A stretch of 64,000 bases of DNA from an uncultured Phycisphaerales bacterium (GCA_963844715.1 CAWJPJ010000007.1:1024001-1088000); one strand, 5' to 3'. Shown: positions 42,493-53,559, counted from the stretch's first letter. Notes: generated by a model not told the origin, from the sequence alone. Program-made: numbers and translations.

Positions 42493-44417
42493 GCGGCCTC
42501 CTTGGCGCGTCCAGATGGCGCTCCGCAATCAGCCGATCGATCTGAGTTGACACCTCGTCAAGCAGTTGCACAAATTCCCCGGCCGCGATTTCCACCGTGC
42601 GGCACATTATCGATGTCGCGCTCCACCTGGCGTTTCTGCTTTTCCATCCCGTCGATTTTCTCGGCCGCAAGGAAGCGGTCCTTTTCGAATCGCTTGAGTT
42701 CGTCCTGCTGGCAGAACTGCATGACCTGCTCATAGGTGCGGCCGAATTGCTCCATGCGGATTCGCAATTCGTCAACCCGGGCAATCGCCTGATTCACCCG
42801 CCGCTGGTCGCAAATATTCTCATGGATTTCTTCCAAAAGAGGCTGAACTTCCCGGCTGATCTGGGCGATCTGATTCGCCTCCTGCCGCCGAATCGCCAGA
42901 CTTTCCCTGCACTGAGGGAGCAAATCCCATCGCATCGGGGCGGTTTTTTCCTGGCCGATTTCCGGAATAGTTTCCCGGCAGAATTGGTCGATCGCCTGAT
43001 GAAGCGGCATGTTGGTTGCCCCGCGCTTCGATGCGCCGCCTTCCGTGCAGTCGATGATGCGCGCTCGCGATTTGGCGAAGTCGCGCTCGAACTGGTGCAG
43101 ATAGGCATACAGCCGCTCTTCCGTATACATCGGCCGACCGTACCAATCGGGGATTTTTCGCAGGATCGGCCTTTCCCGGATGATCTGCTCCCACTGTTTC
43201 ATCTCAACCGTGCAGAAGCGGGAAAGTTCCGGACGCCAGACGTCCTCGTAGCTGGTCCCGGGCGTATAGCAAAGCCCGTCGCTGAAGCCGAGATCCTGCC
43301 CGACAAAGATGATCGGATCGCATCCCAGGAATTCTGCCGCGTAAAACGCCAGATGCGCCACCGTCGCCGCGCTGGCGAGCGTCGCTTTCTTTAGATTGAT
43401 CTCGCGCACCAGCCCCTCGGCAAAGTCGTTGCCGATAAGCGTGATCGGTCCGCCGAACATCTTGAAGATCGCCTGGGTCGCCTTGGCGTCGGCGATCAAT
43501 TCCGTATTCAGGGACTTAGGCAGTCTTTCAAAAAATCGCGTGCAGATTTCGTGGTAGTCCAGCGAGGTTACGAAATTCGGCTCGATCCCCATTTCAAGCA
43601 GTGGCTGCAACGTCGTCTGTACGGCGATCAGCACCGCCTTGTCCCGGCATTCGGGGAGCAAATGCTTGTTCTTGCGCAGCGAAGGCCCTGCCGAAACAAT
43701 TACCGCCGGCCGATTTCGATATCGGTCGCGAAGCCGCTGAAGATCGGGGGTAGCGATGTACCACGCGATGTTGGCGGCAATGTTGCGGGCGCTGGTTGTA
43801 CTGTTCAGGACCAGTGTATTCATGCTCGTCCGGCAATACGCCGCAAATTCCGCAATCCATGTCTCCACCTGCTGAAAATAACTCGGGTTCAGGGACCGGC
43901 TCGACGCATGAACCAAGGTTTCCGCCCCCACGGAGATCATCGACAGGTGCGGATTCAGCCGGGAAAAGAGTTCCGCCTTGCCCGCCCGATGAAACCAGAG
44001 CAGCCTATGGCTTCGGATGAGTTCGGAAAGGTCCCGATGTTCCAACGCTGTCCGGATCATCCGCGCATCCGGCTCGAACACGCAAAAGATCGATTCATGC
44101 CCGGACCGCTCGAAAAGCGTTTGCAGGTGATACCCCATCCCCAGGCCCAGTACGTAATACACCAGCCGCCGCTCCGTCGGGACGGTATCGATGAGTTTGC
44201 GGGCCTCGTCGAGCGGGTGATAGCGGCTGTGGACGTAAATTCGCCGCCCGTCGCCGGTCTCGACTGCAACCGTCGGTTCCCCGGATTTACTCGGCTCGAC
44301 CGCATACGATTCCGGGATGGATTCAATCTCATCCGCCAACAGAGGCTCCGTCGCCCAGAGAGCGGCGAGGTTCGCCAGAAGGGGGGAGGTTTTGCTCGTG
44401 TCGGCGAACGCGGTCAT
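42489..44417 (-). CDS. Maf / DUF115 (MptE-like) motility-associated glycosyltransferase
   Basis: HSRYHP..EA, LGLGMGY, VSAGPSLRKN, TVAH.A...A..LGC.PI.FVGQDL; C-terminal frameshift. Confidence 0.85.
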
Positions 44418-44529
44418 GCGAAATTCCGTCCAAACTTGCCCCCAGCGCAAGGCGCCGATAGCGTCTTGCGCCAGGCCGCAATTCCTTGGGTTTATCGGAC
44501 CTGCGGCCGGGAAAGGTTGAGTCAATTCA

Positions 44530-45114
44530 ATGGCGGACCTGCTCCAATATTTTCTCCATATGCCCTGGTGGCTGGCACTCCTGATCGCCGTTGTGGGCGT
44601 CTGGCTCTTCGTATTGGGTAACAAACGTCTGGATAAGACGTTGCGGCGCGTCGGGATGGCCGTCGTGCTGGGGGCCCTGTTCCTGGGGATGCTCGGATTC
44701 TTTTACCTCACGCCCCTGCAAAAGGCCGTTGGCAGAACCAAGGCGCTGATTCATGATGTCGATCGCCAGGATTGGAACGGCCTGTCCGCGCTTCTGGACG
44801 ACGATACCGTCGTGCAAGCCGCCACCCGCACGATGGCCGCCGGACGCGACGATTGCGTCAATCGCGTGAAGGGCGCTTACGACCGGTTCGGCGTGAAGTC
44901 GGTCTGGGTTCTCAGCGTTGACGGAATTCAAACCGACACCCTGATCACGGTCACGGCCACCGTCGTCAGCCAGCAGGATTACACCGAGGGGCAGCCCGTC
45001 ACCAGCTCCTGGCAACTGGATTTCCAGCAAAATGAATCCAAGTGGGAATTGGAGAAAATCACTCTTATCCGCGTTGGCGGGGAAGACAGCCAGCATCCGT
45101 TCAATCCGTTTTAA
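44530..45114 (+). CDS. Membrane-anchored protein with an NTF2-like C-terminal domain
   Basis: Two N-terminal TM helices, then D..DW..L..LLD and beta strands ending W.L..I. Confidence 0.6.
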   Translation: MADLLQYFLHMPWWLALLIAVVGVWLFVLGNKRLDKTLRRVGMAVVLGALFLGMLGFFYLTPLQKAVGRTKALIHDVDRQDWNGLSALLDDDTVVQAATRTMAAGRDDCVNRVKGAYDRFGVKSVWVLSVDGIQTDTLITVTATVVSQQDYTEGQPVTSSWQLDFQQNESKWELEKITLIRVGGEDSQHPFNPF

Positions 45115-45123
45115 GCATTCGCC

Positions 45124-45779
45124 ATGATCCGCCTATCAAGGGAACAAGTTCGCCGCATCGACCGCTTGGCACAGGAGCGCTATCACATTCCCGGCGCCGT
45201 CCTCATGGAAAACGCCGCGCGGTCTGCCGCGGATATCGCCTGGGACATGCTCGGCGGGAACACCGATGTGCTCGTCGTCTGCGGGGGCGGGAATAATGGC
45301 GGCGACGGCTTGGCCGCCTGTGCGCCACCTGCACAATCGCGGCGCGCGTCCGCATCTTCCTCACGGTCGATCCCGAAAAATATCGCGATGAGGCGAAAAT
45401 CAATTGGGATATCTGCGCGGCGATGCACTTGCCGGTCGTGAAGGAAATTTCCCAATTGCCCCGGCCCAATCTCGTCCTCGATGCCATTTTCGGCACCGGC
45501 TTAACCCAACCTCCCAGAGCGCCCTTCGCCCAAGTTGTCTCGGAAATCCAGGGCCTTTCCGTGCCGATTCTCGCCATCGACATCCCCAGCGGTCTCGACT
45601 GCGACACCGGCAAGCCCCTCGGCGACGCTTGCATTCGCGCCACGCGAACAATCACCTTCGTTGCCGAGAAACTCGGATTCGGAGAATCCTCGGCTCAAGA
45701 ATACCTCGGCCAAGTCACCGTCGCGGGAATCGGCGCTCCGCCCGAGCTGATAGAGGAAGTGGCGGCCCAAAACCCCTAG
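45124..45779 (+). CDS. nnrE: NAD(P)H-hydrate epimerase, YjeF_N domain (frameshifted)
   Basis: LMENAA, CG.GNNGGDG, DAIFGTG, AIDIPSG. Confidence 0.9.
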
Positions 45780-45790
45780 AATGCCCCCCG

Positions 45791-46518
45791 ATGACCAAGC
45801 TCAGCGTCAACGTAAATAAAATCGCCACGCTGCGAAACACGCGAACCATCGGAATCCCCAGCATCGTCGACGCCGCCCGCATCTGTCTCGATGCCGGGGC
45901 GCATGGAATTACCGTTCATCCCCGCCCCGATCAGCGGCACATCCGTCCCGGCGACGTGACGGACATAGCCAAACTCCTGAAGTCTTACCCCAAAGCCGAA
46001 TTCAACATCGAGGGGAACCCATTTTTTGAATACATGCGATACGCGCACGAAGTGCGCCCGGCGCAATGCACGCTCGTTTCCGATTTGCCCGAGGCCGAGA
46101 CCAGCGATCGGGGATGGGATTTGCGCAAGATGGGGAACGACTGCGCCCGATCGTCGCGGAATTAAAATCATTAGGTTGCCGCGTGAGCTTGTTCATGAAC
46201 GCGGAAACCGGCAGTTTGGAAATCGCCGGTAAAATCGGAGCTGATCGCGTCGAGTTCTACACGGCTCCCTATGCCCATGCATTCGCCAAGGGAGATCCGG
46301 CCGCGGCAACGCCGTACAAGATCGCGGGTTTGGAGGCGCAGCGGCTTGGCCTGGGCGTGAATGCCGGGCACGATCTGAATCTCAAAAACTTGCCCAATTT
46401 AGCGCGGGCCATCCCCAATTTGCTCGAAGTTTCCATCGGCCACGCCCTGATTGCCGATGCCCTCGAATTTGGCCTGCGGGAAACCATTCGGCGATATTTA
46501 GCCTGCCTTGAGAATTGA
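45791..46518 (+). CDS. pdxJ: Pyridoxine 5'-phosphate synthase (frameshift near 46125)
   Basis: LSVNVNKIATLRN, ITVHPRPDQRHI, NAGHDL, EVSIGH. Confidence 0.95.
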
Positions 46519-46544
46519 GCGTGGCGGTCTAGAATCAACTCCCT

Positions 46545-47414
46545 ATGAATCTCGGCGGAGCAATGACGGCGATGGTAACCCCTTTCCACGAAGGAAAGAT
46601 CGACGAACAGCGTCTGCGCCAGCAGGTCGAGTTTCAAATCAAAGGCGGAATCGACGGCCTCGTTCCCGTCGGCACCACCGGCGAATCTCCCACCCTCGAC
46701 TTCAAGGAGCATGCCCGGGTCATCGAATTGACCGTGCAATATGCCGCCGGAAGAGTCCCGGTTATCGCGGGGACCGGGGCCAACTCGACCACTGAAGCAC
46801 TGGAATTGCATTCGATCGCCAAACGGGCAGGGGCCCCGGCGTGTTTGTCCGTGAATCCCTACTACAACAAACCCACGCAGGAAGGCCTCTACAGGCATTT
46901 CACGACGCTCGCCGATCGCGTCGATTTGCCGATTATTTTGTACAACATTCCCGGCCGCACCGGCGTCACCATGTCCGCCGCGACGGTCTCCCGCCTCGCC
47001 AAGCATCGAAACATAGTCGGAATCAAAGAGGCCACCGGCGACCTCAACATGGCCATCGAGATCGCTTCCCTCTGCGACATCATGATCCTCAGCGGCGACG
47101 ATTCCTTAACCGTCCCCATCATGTCCGTCGGCGGCAAGGGCGTGATCAGCGTGCTCTCCAATCTCATCCCATCGCAAATCAAGAACCTGGTGAAACTCTG
47201 TCTTTCAAATCAGTACGACGAGGCGGCGGCCAAACTGCGGAAGCTCTTTCCGCTCATTCGGTCGATGTTCATGGACGGGAATCCCGTCGGGATCAAATAC
47301 GCGATGAAGGTCGCGGGGCTGGACACCGGCGAATTGCGTCTGCCTCTCTGGGAAGCCGGCGATAACACGAAAAAATTGATCGAGCAGTGCGTGCAGGAAG
47401 TTGCGAGTTGCTAG
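46545..47414 (+). CDS. dapA: 4-hydroxy-tetrahydrodipicolinate synthase
   Basis: GTTGESPTL, PYYNKP, YNIPGRTG, GIKEATG, LSGDD. Confidence 0.96.
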   Translation: MNLGGAMTAMVTPFHEGKIDEQRLRQQVEFQIKGGIDGLVPVGTTGESPTLDFKEHARVIELTVQYAAGRVPVIAGTGANSTTEALELHSIAKRAGAPACLSVNPYYNKPTQEGLYRHFTTLADRVDLPIILYNIPGRTGVTMSAATVSRLAKHRNIVGIKEATGDLNMAIEIASLCDIMILSGDDSLTVPIMSVGGKGVISVLSNLIPSQIKNLVKLCLSNQYDEAAAKLRKLFPLIRSMFMDGNPVGIKYAMKVAGLDTGELRLPLWEAGDNTKKLIEQCVQEVASC

Positions 47415-47475
47415 TTGCCAGTTGCCAGTGAAGACAAGCGCGTTAACTGGCAACTGGCAACTGATAACTGGCAAC
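47399..47475. repeat. TGCCAGT / ACTGGCA heptamer inverted-repeat element
   Basis: About 4 units per arm, between dapA and aroDE. Confidence 0.75.
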
Positions 47476-47476
47476 G

Positions 47477-48997
47477 ATGACTTATCTCTGCGTACCCATC
47501 TTCGTCACCGATGACCTCGGGAAGAGCCGGCGCGATATCGCGACCGCCGTCGAAGCGGGCGCGGAGATGATCGAGTTGCGCATTGACCGGCTCGAGGACA
47601 CCGAGAATTTCGAACCCCTCGTGATCAATCAATCCGTGCCGATCATCGTGACCTGCCGGCCGCAGTCGGAAGGGGGGCAATCCGAGTTGAGGGACGATGC
47701 GCGCTTGCCCCTCCTTGCCTTCGCGGCGGAGACCAATCCTTCGAATTATGTCGACATCGAGCTGAAGAGCATGCGCGGGAGCGAACACATCGCCACCAGC
47801 CTGCCCCGGGAATTCACAACCGATTCGCGCGGGGGGCTCATCGTCAGCTATCACGATTTTTCGACCCGGCCCGATCGAATGTATAATCTGGTCGCGGAGA
47901 TGAGTCGTCTGCCGGCCCAGGTCAACAAAATCGTCTGGCAGGCGCGAAGCGTGCGAGACAACATCGAGGCGTTTGAGATTCTCGTGCATCGCCAGAGGCC
48001 GACCATCGCCCTCTGCATGGGGGAGGCCGGCATCCCCAGCCGTATTCTGGCGAAGAAATTCGGCGCATTTCTGAGCTTCGCATCCTTGCGCCCAGGGGAA
48101 GGCACGGCAGCGGGACAAGTAACGATCGAGGAGATGAAGAATCTTTATCGTTGGGACGCGATTGGTCCGCAAACGAAAGTTTACGGCGTGGTGGCGCACC
48201 CCGTGAAGCATTCGATGTCGCCGGCGATTCACAATGCCGCCTTCGACGCGGCCGACCACGACGGGGTATACCTGCCGTTTCTCGTTCAGCCGGAATATGA
48301 GAGTTTCAAAGCGTTCATGGAGAATTACCTCCATTTCGAAAAGCTGGATTTGGCGGGGCTATCGATAACGATTCCGCACAAGGAGCACGCGCTCAAGTAC
48401 CTGCTGGACACCGGCGCCAAAGTCGAGCCATTGGCCCAAAGCATTGGCGCCGTGAACACGATCGCGATCGAGAAGGGAAAGCTCACCGGCAGCAACACCG
48501 ACTTTGCCGCCATTCTGGAATGCATCTGCCGGGCCGCCGGGATCGACCGGGCGGGATTGAGCGCGCTGCGCGTGGGAGTGATCGGCGCCGGCGGCACCGG
48601 GCGCACGGCGGTCGCGAGCTTGGCGCATTTCGGCGCGACCGTGCTCGTCTGCAATCGCACCGCTGAACGCGCCAAGCATCTCGCCGCGGAATTCGACGGC
48701 CGCACCGGAAAAGTCTCCCCTGTTTCCCTTCAAGAACTCGACGGCTGCGACGTCTGGATCAATTGCTCCTCGGTCGGGATGCACCCCAATGTCGACGGCA
48801 ATCCGCTGGGCGACTTCACGCCCAAATGGACCAGTCAAACCGTCGTCTTCGACGCAGTTTACAATCCCATGCGCACAAAATTTCTCCAGCAGGCCGAGGC
48901 CGCTGGAGCCAAAACAATCAGCGGCGTAGAGATGTTCGTCCACCAGGCGGCGGCGCAGTTCGAAACCTGGACCGGAAAAGCGCGCCGCGCGGCGTGA
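47477..48997 (+). CDS. aroE: Bifunctional type I dehydroquinase / shikimate dehydrogenase
   Basis: IELRID, SYHDF, MGEAG..SR; HSMSP.IHN, TIPHK, GAVNT, NTD, GAGG. Confidence 0.92.
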   Translation: MTYLCVPIFVTDDLGKSRRDIATAVEAGAEMIELRIDRLEDTENFEPLVINQSVPIIVTCRPQSEGGQSELRDDARLPLLAFAAETNPSNYVDIELKSMRGSEHIATSLPREFTTDSRGGLIVSYHDFSTRPDRMYNLVAEMSRLPAQVNKIVWQARSVRDNIEAFEILVHRQRPTIALCMGEAGIPSRILAKKFGAFLSFASLRPGEGTAAGQVTIEEMKNLYRWDAIGPQTKVYGVVAHPVKHSMSPAIHNAAFDAADHDGVYLPFLVQPEYESFKAFMENYLHFEKLDLAGLSITIPHKEHALKYLLDTGAKVEPLAQSIGAVNTIAIEKGKLTGSNTDFAAILECICRAAGIDRAGLSALRVGVIGAGGTGRTAVASLAHFGATVLVCNRTAERAKHLAAEFDGRTGKVSPVSLQELDGCDVWINCSSVGMHPNVDGNPLGDFTPKWTSQTVVFDAVYNPMRTKFLQQAEAAGAKTISGVEMFVHQAAAQFETWTGKARRAA

Positions 48998-49031
48998 TGC
49001 GGGAAGTCGTGATGAAGCGCTTGGGCGCAGC

Positions 49032-49685
49032 TTAAACGGCTTTCTTCGCCGCGATGGGAATCACAACAATACTTTTCGGCGTGGTCGGGCAATCCTGTTG
49101 GCAAATCCCGCAGCCAATACACCCAAGGGGTTTCACCGCGACGCGGTTATCTTTCAGTTCGATGGCCGCCGTCCCCAGCGGGCAATGATCCACGCAGATC
49201 CTGCAACTATCCCCCGTCGATCGCAGGCACGTCTCCTCCCACCAAACCGCCGTCCCCATGTCGATGTCGTTGATGCTGGTCGGTTTCAACGCGCCGCTGG
49301 GGCAGACCTGCATGCACTTGAGTCCCGTGCAAACCGCGCACGCCGCGGAATCCGCCACAATGTAAGGCAGTCCGAATCCCTTTCTGCCCGCCGGATCGAT
49401 TTTGATCGCCTGCACGGGGCACGCCTGCACGCAGTCGCCATGGCGCGTGCACGTGGCGGTCAGATGCGGTTCGTCCAACGCCCCCGGCGGGCGAAACCAG
49501 ACATTGGCCGGGATTCTCGTCCGCGGCGCGGCCGGTGAACCCAGCTTTTCCAGGTTTTCCAAATGTTTAACCGCCTGTTGCAGCGGCGCGGCTGCCGAGG
49601 CCAGTGGGCGGAGAAGTTGCGAGATTCCCAATCGGAAAAATCGGCGGCGATCAACCGGCTTTTCCGGATCGGGAAGCGGAGCCAT
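49032..49685 (-). CDS. NapG/MauM-type 4Fe-4S ferredoxin
   Basis: RRRFF N-terminus, RPPGA, multiple CxxCxxxCP motifs. Confidence 0.82.
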   Translation of the reverse strand: MAPLPDPEKPVDRRRFFRLGISQLLRPLASAAAPLQQAVKHLENLEKLGSPAAPRTRIPANVWFRPPGALDEPHLTATCTRHGDCVQACPVQAIKIDPAGRKGFGLPYIVADSAACAVCTGLKCMQVCPSGALKPTSINDIDMGTAVWWEETCLRSTGDSCRICVDHCPLGTAAIELKDNRVAVKPLGCIGCGICQQDCPTTPKSIVVIPIAAKKAV

Positions 49686-49694
49686 ACCCCGATT

Positions 49695-50969
49695 CTACCT
49701 GTTCACGCTCAATATCAAGGCGCTATTTTTGCTCCCAAATGCGATGCAGTTACACAGAGCGATCCGGGCGCTCGTGGGGCGGGATTCCCGAGGGACGTAA
49801 TCGAGATCGCAGAGCGGATCGGGCGTATCGAGGTTGATCGTCGGATGAAGATGCCCCGCTCGCAGAGCGAGAATCGTCGCGGCCACACCGGCCGCGCCGC
49901 ACGCCCCCTGCGGATGCCCGATCATCGACTTGGTGGAACTCATCGGAATATCCTGGCGGCGCTGGCCAAACGATTTGCGGATCGCCGCCGTCTCCATGCG
50001 GTCGTTCAGTTCGGTGGACGTCCCGTGGAGATTGACATACCCAATGTCGTCCTTGGCAACGCCCGCATCCGTCACGGCATTGTCGATGGCCCGCGCCGGC
50101 TCGACCACGTCAGGGGCGATTTGCACCCGGTGGTAGGCGTCGCACGTGCACCCGTACCCGGCGATTTCCGCCAGGATCGGAGCCCCGGCATCCGCGCGTA
50201 TTCCAAATCTTCCAGCACGAACATCCACGCCCCTTCGCCAAGCACAAATCCATCGCGGTCTGCGCGTCAAACGGCGCGAAGATTGCTCCGGCCGGTCCCA
50301 CCGCCGCGTCGAGACAACGCGCATTTTCTCGAAAGCCGTCAGAATTCCAGGCGCGACCGGCGCATCGGCGCCGCCGCACAAAACGGCACGCGCCAATCCA
50401 GCCCGGATCATCATGCGGGCGTACCCGATCGCGTCGGTGCTGCTCGCGCAACCGGTTGAGATGACATGGGACGGGCCGCGCAAGTGCAAAGCGATGGAGA
50501 GTTCGCTGGAAAGATTGCCGTGCGTGCCGCCCGTGATGGAGAATAGCGAGCCTTTGCCCTGCGTGAAGTAAGTCCGGTATTGCTCCTCAACAAAGGCCAG
50601 CCCGCCCCCGCCCGTCCCAAGGACGACGCCTATATCGCGCTGGAGTTCGACATTTTCCGGATCGATTTTAAGCCCGGCGGATTCGATGGCTTCCCGCGAA
50701 GCGGCCAGCGCCAGCGCGACCATGCGAGGCAGCCGGCGCGCATCGACCGAGTCCAGCGAATCCGTCGCTTGAAAGTCGCTCACGATGGCAACCGCGCTGG
50801 TGCGGAGCGCGGCGAAATCCGGCCCAGCCAGCGCACGCAGCCCGCTTTGCCCGCGCCGGCACGCCAAATCGAACGCGCCTGCGCCGATCCCGTTGGGGCT
50901 GACGACGCCAATCCCCGTCACAACCACGCGCTTGCGGTCAGGTATGGACACCGCGTCGATCTTAGGCAC
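49695..50969 (-). CDS. fabF: Beta-ketoacyl-ACP synthase II family (internal compensating frameshifts)
   Basis: RVVVTGIG, STGCASS, HGTST..ND, KSMIGH. Confidence 0.85.
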   Translation of the reverse strand: MPKIDAVSIPDRKRVVVTGIGVVSPNGIGAGAFDLACRRGQSGLRALAGPDFAALRTSAVAIVSDFQATDSLDSVDARRLPRMVALALAASREAIESAGLKIDPENVELQRDIGVVLGTGGGGLAFVEEQYRTYFTQGKGSLFSITGGTHGNLSSELSIALHLRGPSHVISTGCASSTDAIGYARMMIRAGLARAVLCGGADAPVAPGILTAFEKMRVVSTRRWDRPEQSSRRLTRRPRWICAWRRGVDVRAGRFGIRADAGAPILAEIAGYGCTCDAYHRVQIAPDVVEPARAIDNAVTDAGVAKDDIGYVNLHGTSTELNDRMETAAIRKSFGQRRQDIPMSSTKSMIGHPQGACGAAGVAATILALRAGHLHPTINLDTPDPLCDLDYVPRESRPTSARIALCNCIAFGSKNSALILSVNR

Positions 50970-51729
50970 AACGCCGACGCGGCATCAAAAGAAATGCATA
51001 ATTAGCAATTTGAATGGAAAACGATCGCCGATCCCTCTGCGCCGCCACGGGAGCGATCGGCAAAACCCCCAGGCGCGCCGCGTAGTCGATATCCCCGTCC
51101 AGGCCCGCGGCAATCACGTTCCGCCCGCCCTGTCCGTCACGCAACAAGGCAGGCAGATTGTCGCGCGTGGAAAGAAATAGCCGATGCGCGATGCGCCCGG
51201 CGTCGTCGCCGAGCGAAAAATCCCCCATCGCCAAAAGCTGGTCGCAAACCGCCCCGCAGCCGACGGCGTCTTCAATGGAAATCTCTCCCGCCGTACCGGA
51301 ACAGAGAAGCAGGATGTCGCGCTCCGACCGAGCCGCGGCCGCGGCCACCGTCGGCGCATTCACCAGGGCGCCCGCGAACATTTCCGCGGCCGTTCGCGCG
51401 GCGTAGGCGGTGCGCGTGCCGTTCGTGGTCGCCAAAAACACGTCTCGCCCCGCGTGCTCCGGCAGGAATTGCCGCGGACTGTTTCCCAAATCAAAACCCG
51501 GCGGAGGGAGCGTCTTGATCTCTCCGCAAAGAATCGGGCGTGGATTCGCCGCCTCCGCCGCGGATTTGGCCTCGACAACCGAGTCAAAAATACGCACCTC
51601 GCGCACACCCGCCGCCAGCGCGGCTGTAATGGTCGTCGTCGCACGGAGAACGTCGAAGACGATCACCGTGTAATGCGACAAGTTGCGTTCGTGCAGATGC
51701 TCGGGCAGCAGAACAACTTCGATATTCAT
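50962..51729 (-). CDS. comB: 2-phosphosulfolactate phosphatase family
   Basis: DVLRATTTI, LCGE, GFDLGNSP, TTNGT, IED; exact 3' end uncertain. Confidence 0.88.
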   Translation of the reverse strand: MNIEVVLLPEHLHERNLSHYTVIVFDVLRATTTITAALAAGVREVRIFDSVVEAKSAAEAANPRPILCGEIKTLPPPGFDLGNSPRQFLPEHAGRDVFLATTNGTRTAYAARTAAEMFAGALVNAPTVAAAAARSERDILLLCSGTAGEISIEDAVGCGAVCDQLLAMGDFSLGDDAGRIAHRLFLSTRDNLPALLRDGQGGRNVIAAGLDGDIDYAARLGVLPIAPVAAQRDRRSFSIQIANYAFLLMPRRRCA

Positions 51730-51786
51730 ATTTCGTTCGTCCGGCAAGCAGAGTAACGGTAGGATGCGACAAGTAAAGGAGCCGAT

Positions 51787-53127
51787 ATGACCGCGCGCGT
51801 TTGTGTCATTGACCTGCCCGGTTTGAGCAAAGAATTGTGCGGGGCCATCTCGCCCAACAGTGCATTGGGAAAATGGATAAGCGGGAAGCCGATCACAAAT
51901 CTGCGCCCCAGCTTTCCCGCGGTGACATGCAGCGTGCAGGCCACGCTTACAACAGGCGTGCCGCCGTCGAAGCATGGAATTATTGCCAACGGATTGCCGA
52001 CTTTTCGGTCCGCTGACGACCAGCGGCTTGTCGATGCCAGCAACTTCGCGGAATATCGCCGGCAAATCAGCTTTTGGGAGCAATCCAATCAGTTTCTTCA
52101 AGTCCCGCGCTTCTGGCAACGCCGATGGAAGACGGCGATGTTATTTTTTCAAAACTCGATGCCGGGGTTTTCAGGGGAATTGAAACCGGCGGCGGACATC
52201 GTCCTGACCCCCAAGCCCGATCATGGCCCGGACGGCAAACTTACCAGCCTATGCTGGTCGCAACCGCGGGAATTGGTGCCGCGTTTGTTCTCTGAATTGG
52301 GCCCATTTCCTTTGATGAATTACTGGGGCCCAATGGCCGGCATTGCCGCAAGCCAGTGGATTGCCAAGGCCGCCGCCATCGTCTGGAAAGAGCAATCGCC
52401 CCAGTTGCAGTGGACCTATGTGCCTCATCTGGACTACGACTTGCAAAGATTCGGTCCGAATTCGCCCCAGGCAAACCAAGCCGTCCTTGATGTCGCCGCC
52501 GCGCTAGATCCCCTATTCGAGCAAGTCCTCAGCGGCGGCGGAAAAATCGCCGTGCTGAGCGAATATGCCGTCAAAGATGTGAACTCCTTTGTCCAGCCGA
52601 ATCGGATTCTCGCCGAGTCGGGATTGCTCGCGACGCGGCAAACGCCGGATGGCAAACTAATCGACTTCGATAAATCCGCCGCCATGGCCATGGTGGACCA
52701 TCAGGTCGCGCACCTCTATTTGCGCGATCCGTCGGATGCGAAGCGCCGTGACGGCTCTACTCAATCGCCCCGAGATCGCGTCAATTGCCGCGCCCGTTGA
52801 GTCTCTGCGACACCGTGCGCCGGAGATTTGGTTTGCGAAGTGGCGCCGGGCGCCTGGTTCGATTATCGTTGGTGGTCGGATCCCGCCGATGCGCCGGCGT
52901 TCGCCAAGACGATCGACATTCATCGCAAACCGGGATATGACCCGTGCGAATTATTCTGGGATCGGCAGATTAACGGGGTTACACAAAATCCCGCACTGGT
53001 GCGCGGCAGCCACGGCGTGATGACGGACAATGAGGGAGTCTGGATCGGCGATGGGGGGTTCCCTCCGCCAACCGCGGCCGAGGATGTCGCAGGCGTCCTC
53101 GGCCGAATGCTCGATCAGGCAACCTGA
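51787..53127 (+). CDS. Alkaline phosphatase superfamily nucleotide pyrophosphatase, EboF-like (frameshifted)
   Basis: PAVTCSVQ, HGIIANG, YVPHLDYDLQRFG, DIHRKPGYDP.EL, RGSHG. Confidence 0.85.
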
Positions 53128-53348
53128 CGCTTGGCGTTGGAAAGAATGCTGCCAGGCCGGGGAGTTCTCTCCCAACTGGCGGCGTTGCACTTCGGGCAGA
53201 CATCCGGAGGCACCACCGCGTCCGGCGCCTCAAATCCACAAAAATGGCACATCACCTGGAAGATCGGGATATGACCCGCTTGCGGGCGATAGGCGTCGTA
53301 GGTCGCAAAATGGCCGTGCGATTCAAAGCATTCCATACTGATTGACAT
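53115..53348 (-). CDS. Small Zn-ribbon / rubredoxin-like protein
   Basis: CHFC...CPKC; AGGAG SD; sigma54 promoter upstream. Confidence 0.72.
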   Translation of the reverse strand: MSISMECFESHGHFATYDAYRPQAGHIPIFQVMCHFCGFEAPDAVVPPDVCPKCNAASWERTPRPGSILSNAKRQVA

Positions 53349-53398
53349 GACCAATCTCCTGACAGAGTTGACGGCATCTCATTCACAAGACCTCAAAG

Positions 53399-53413
53399 GC
53401 AATGGTCATGCCA
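53399..53413 (-). promoter_or_regulatory. Sigma54 (-24/-12) promoter
   Basis: TGGCATGACCATTGC, with GG-N10-GC spacing. Confidence 0.8.
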
Positions 53414-53497
53414 GCCCGCAGGCTGGGTCCGAAAGCAGAAAACGCCCCGTAAAATGGGCCCCAGCACAGGAATAAACCGACCTATCTAGCAAAAACT

Positions 53498-53532
53498 GCG
53501 ACAATTTGTCTATATATAAGACATATTGTCGT
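53498..53532. promoter_or_regulatory. Tandem palindromic enhancer sites (GACA-N3-TGTC twice)
   Basis: GCGACAATTTGTCT and AGACATATTGTCGT, ~20 bp apart and ~100 bp upstream of the -24 box. Confidence 0.7.
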
Positions 53533-53559
53533 ATTTGGATAGATTTTGACGTGCTTCGC

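Noticed and set aside
27320..47475. CRISPR array from the short repeats
   Set aside because: Units are 7-9 nt tandem or inverted with no unique spacers, and no cas genes are present
49695..51729. fabF-like gene as part of a type II PKS cluster
   Set aside because: No ACP, chain-length factor or tailoring genes are adjacent
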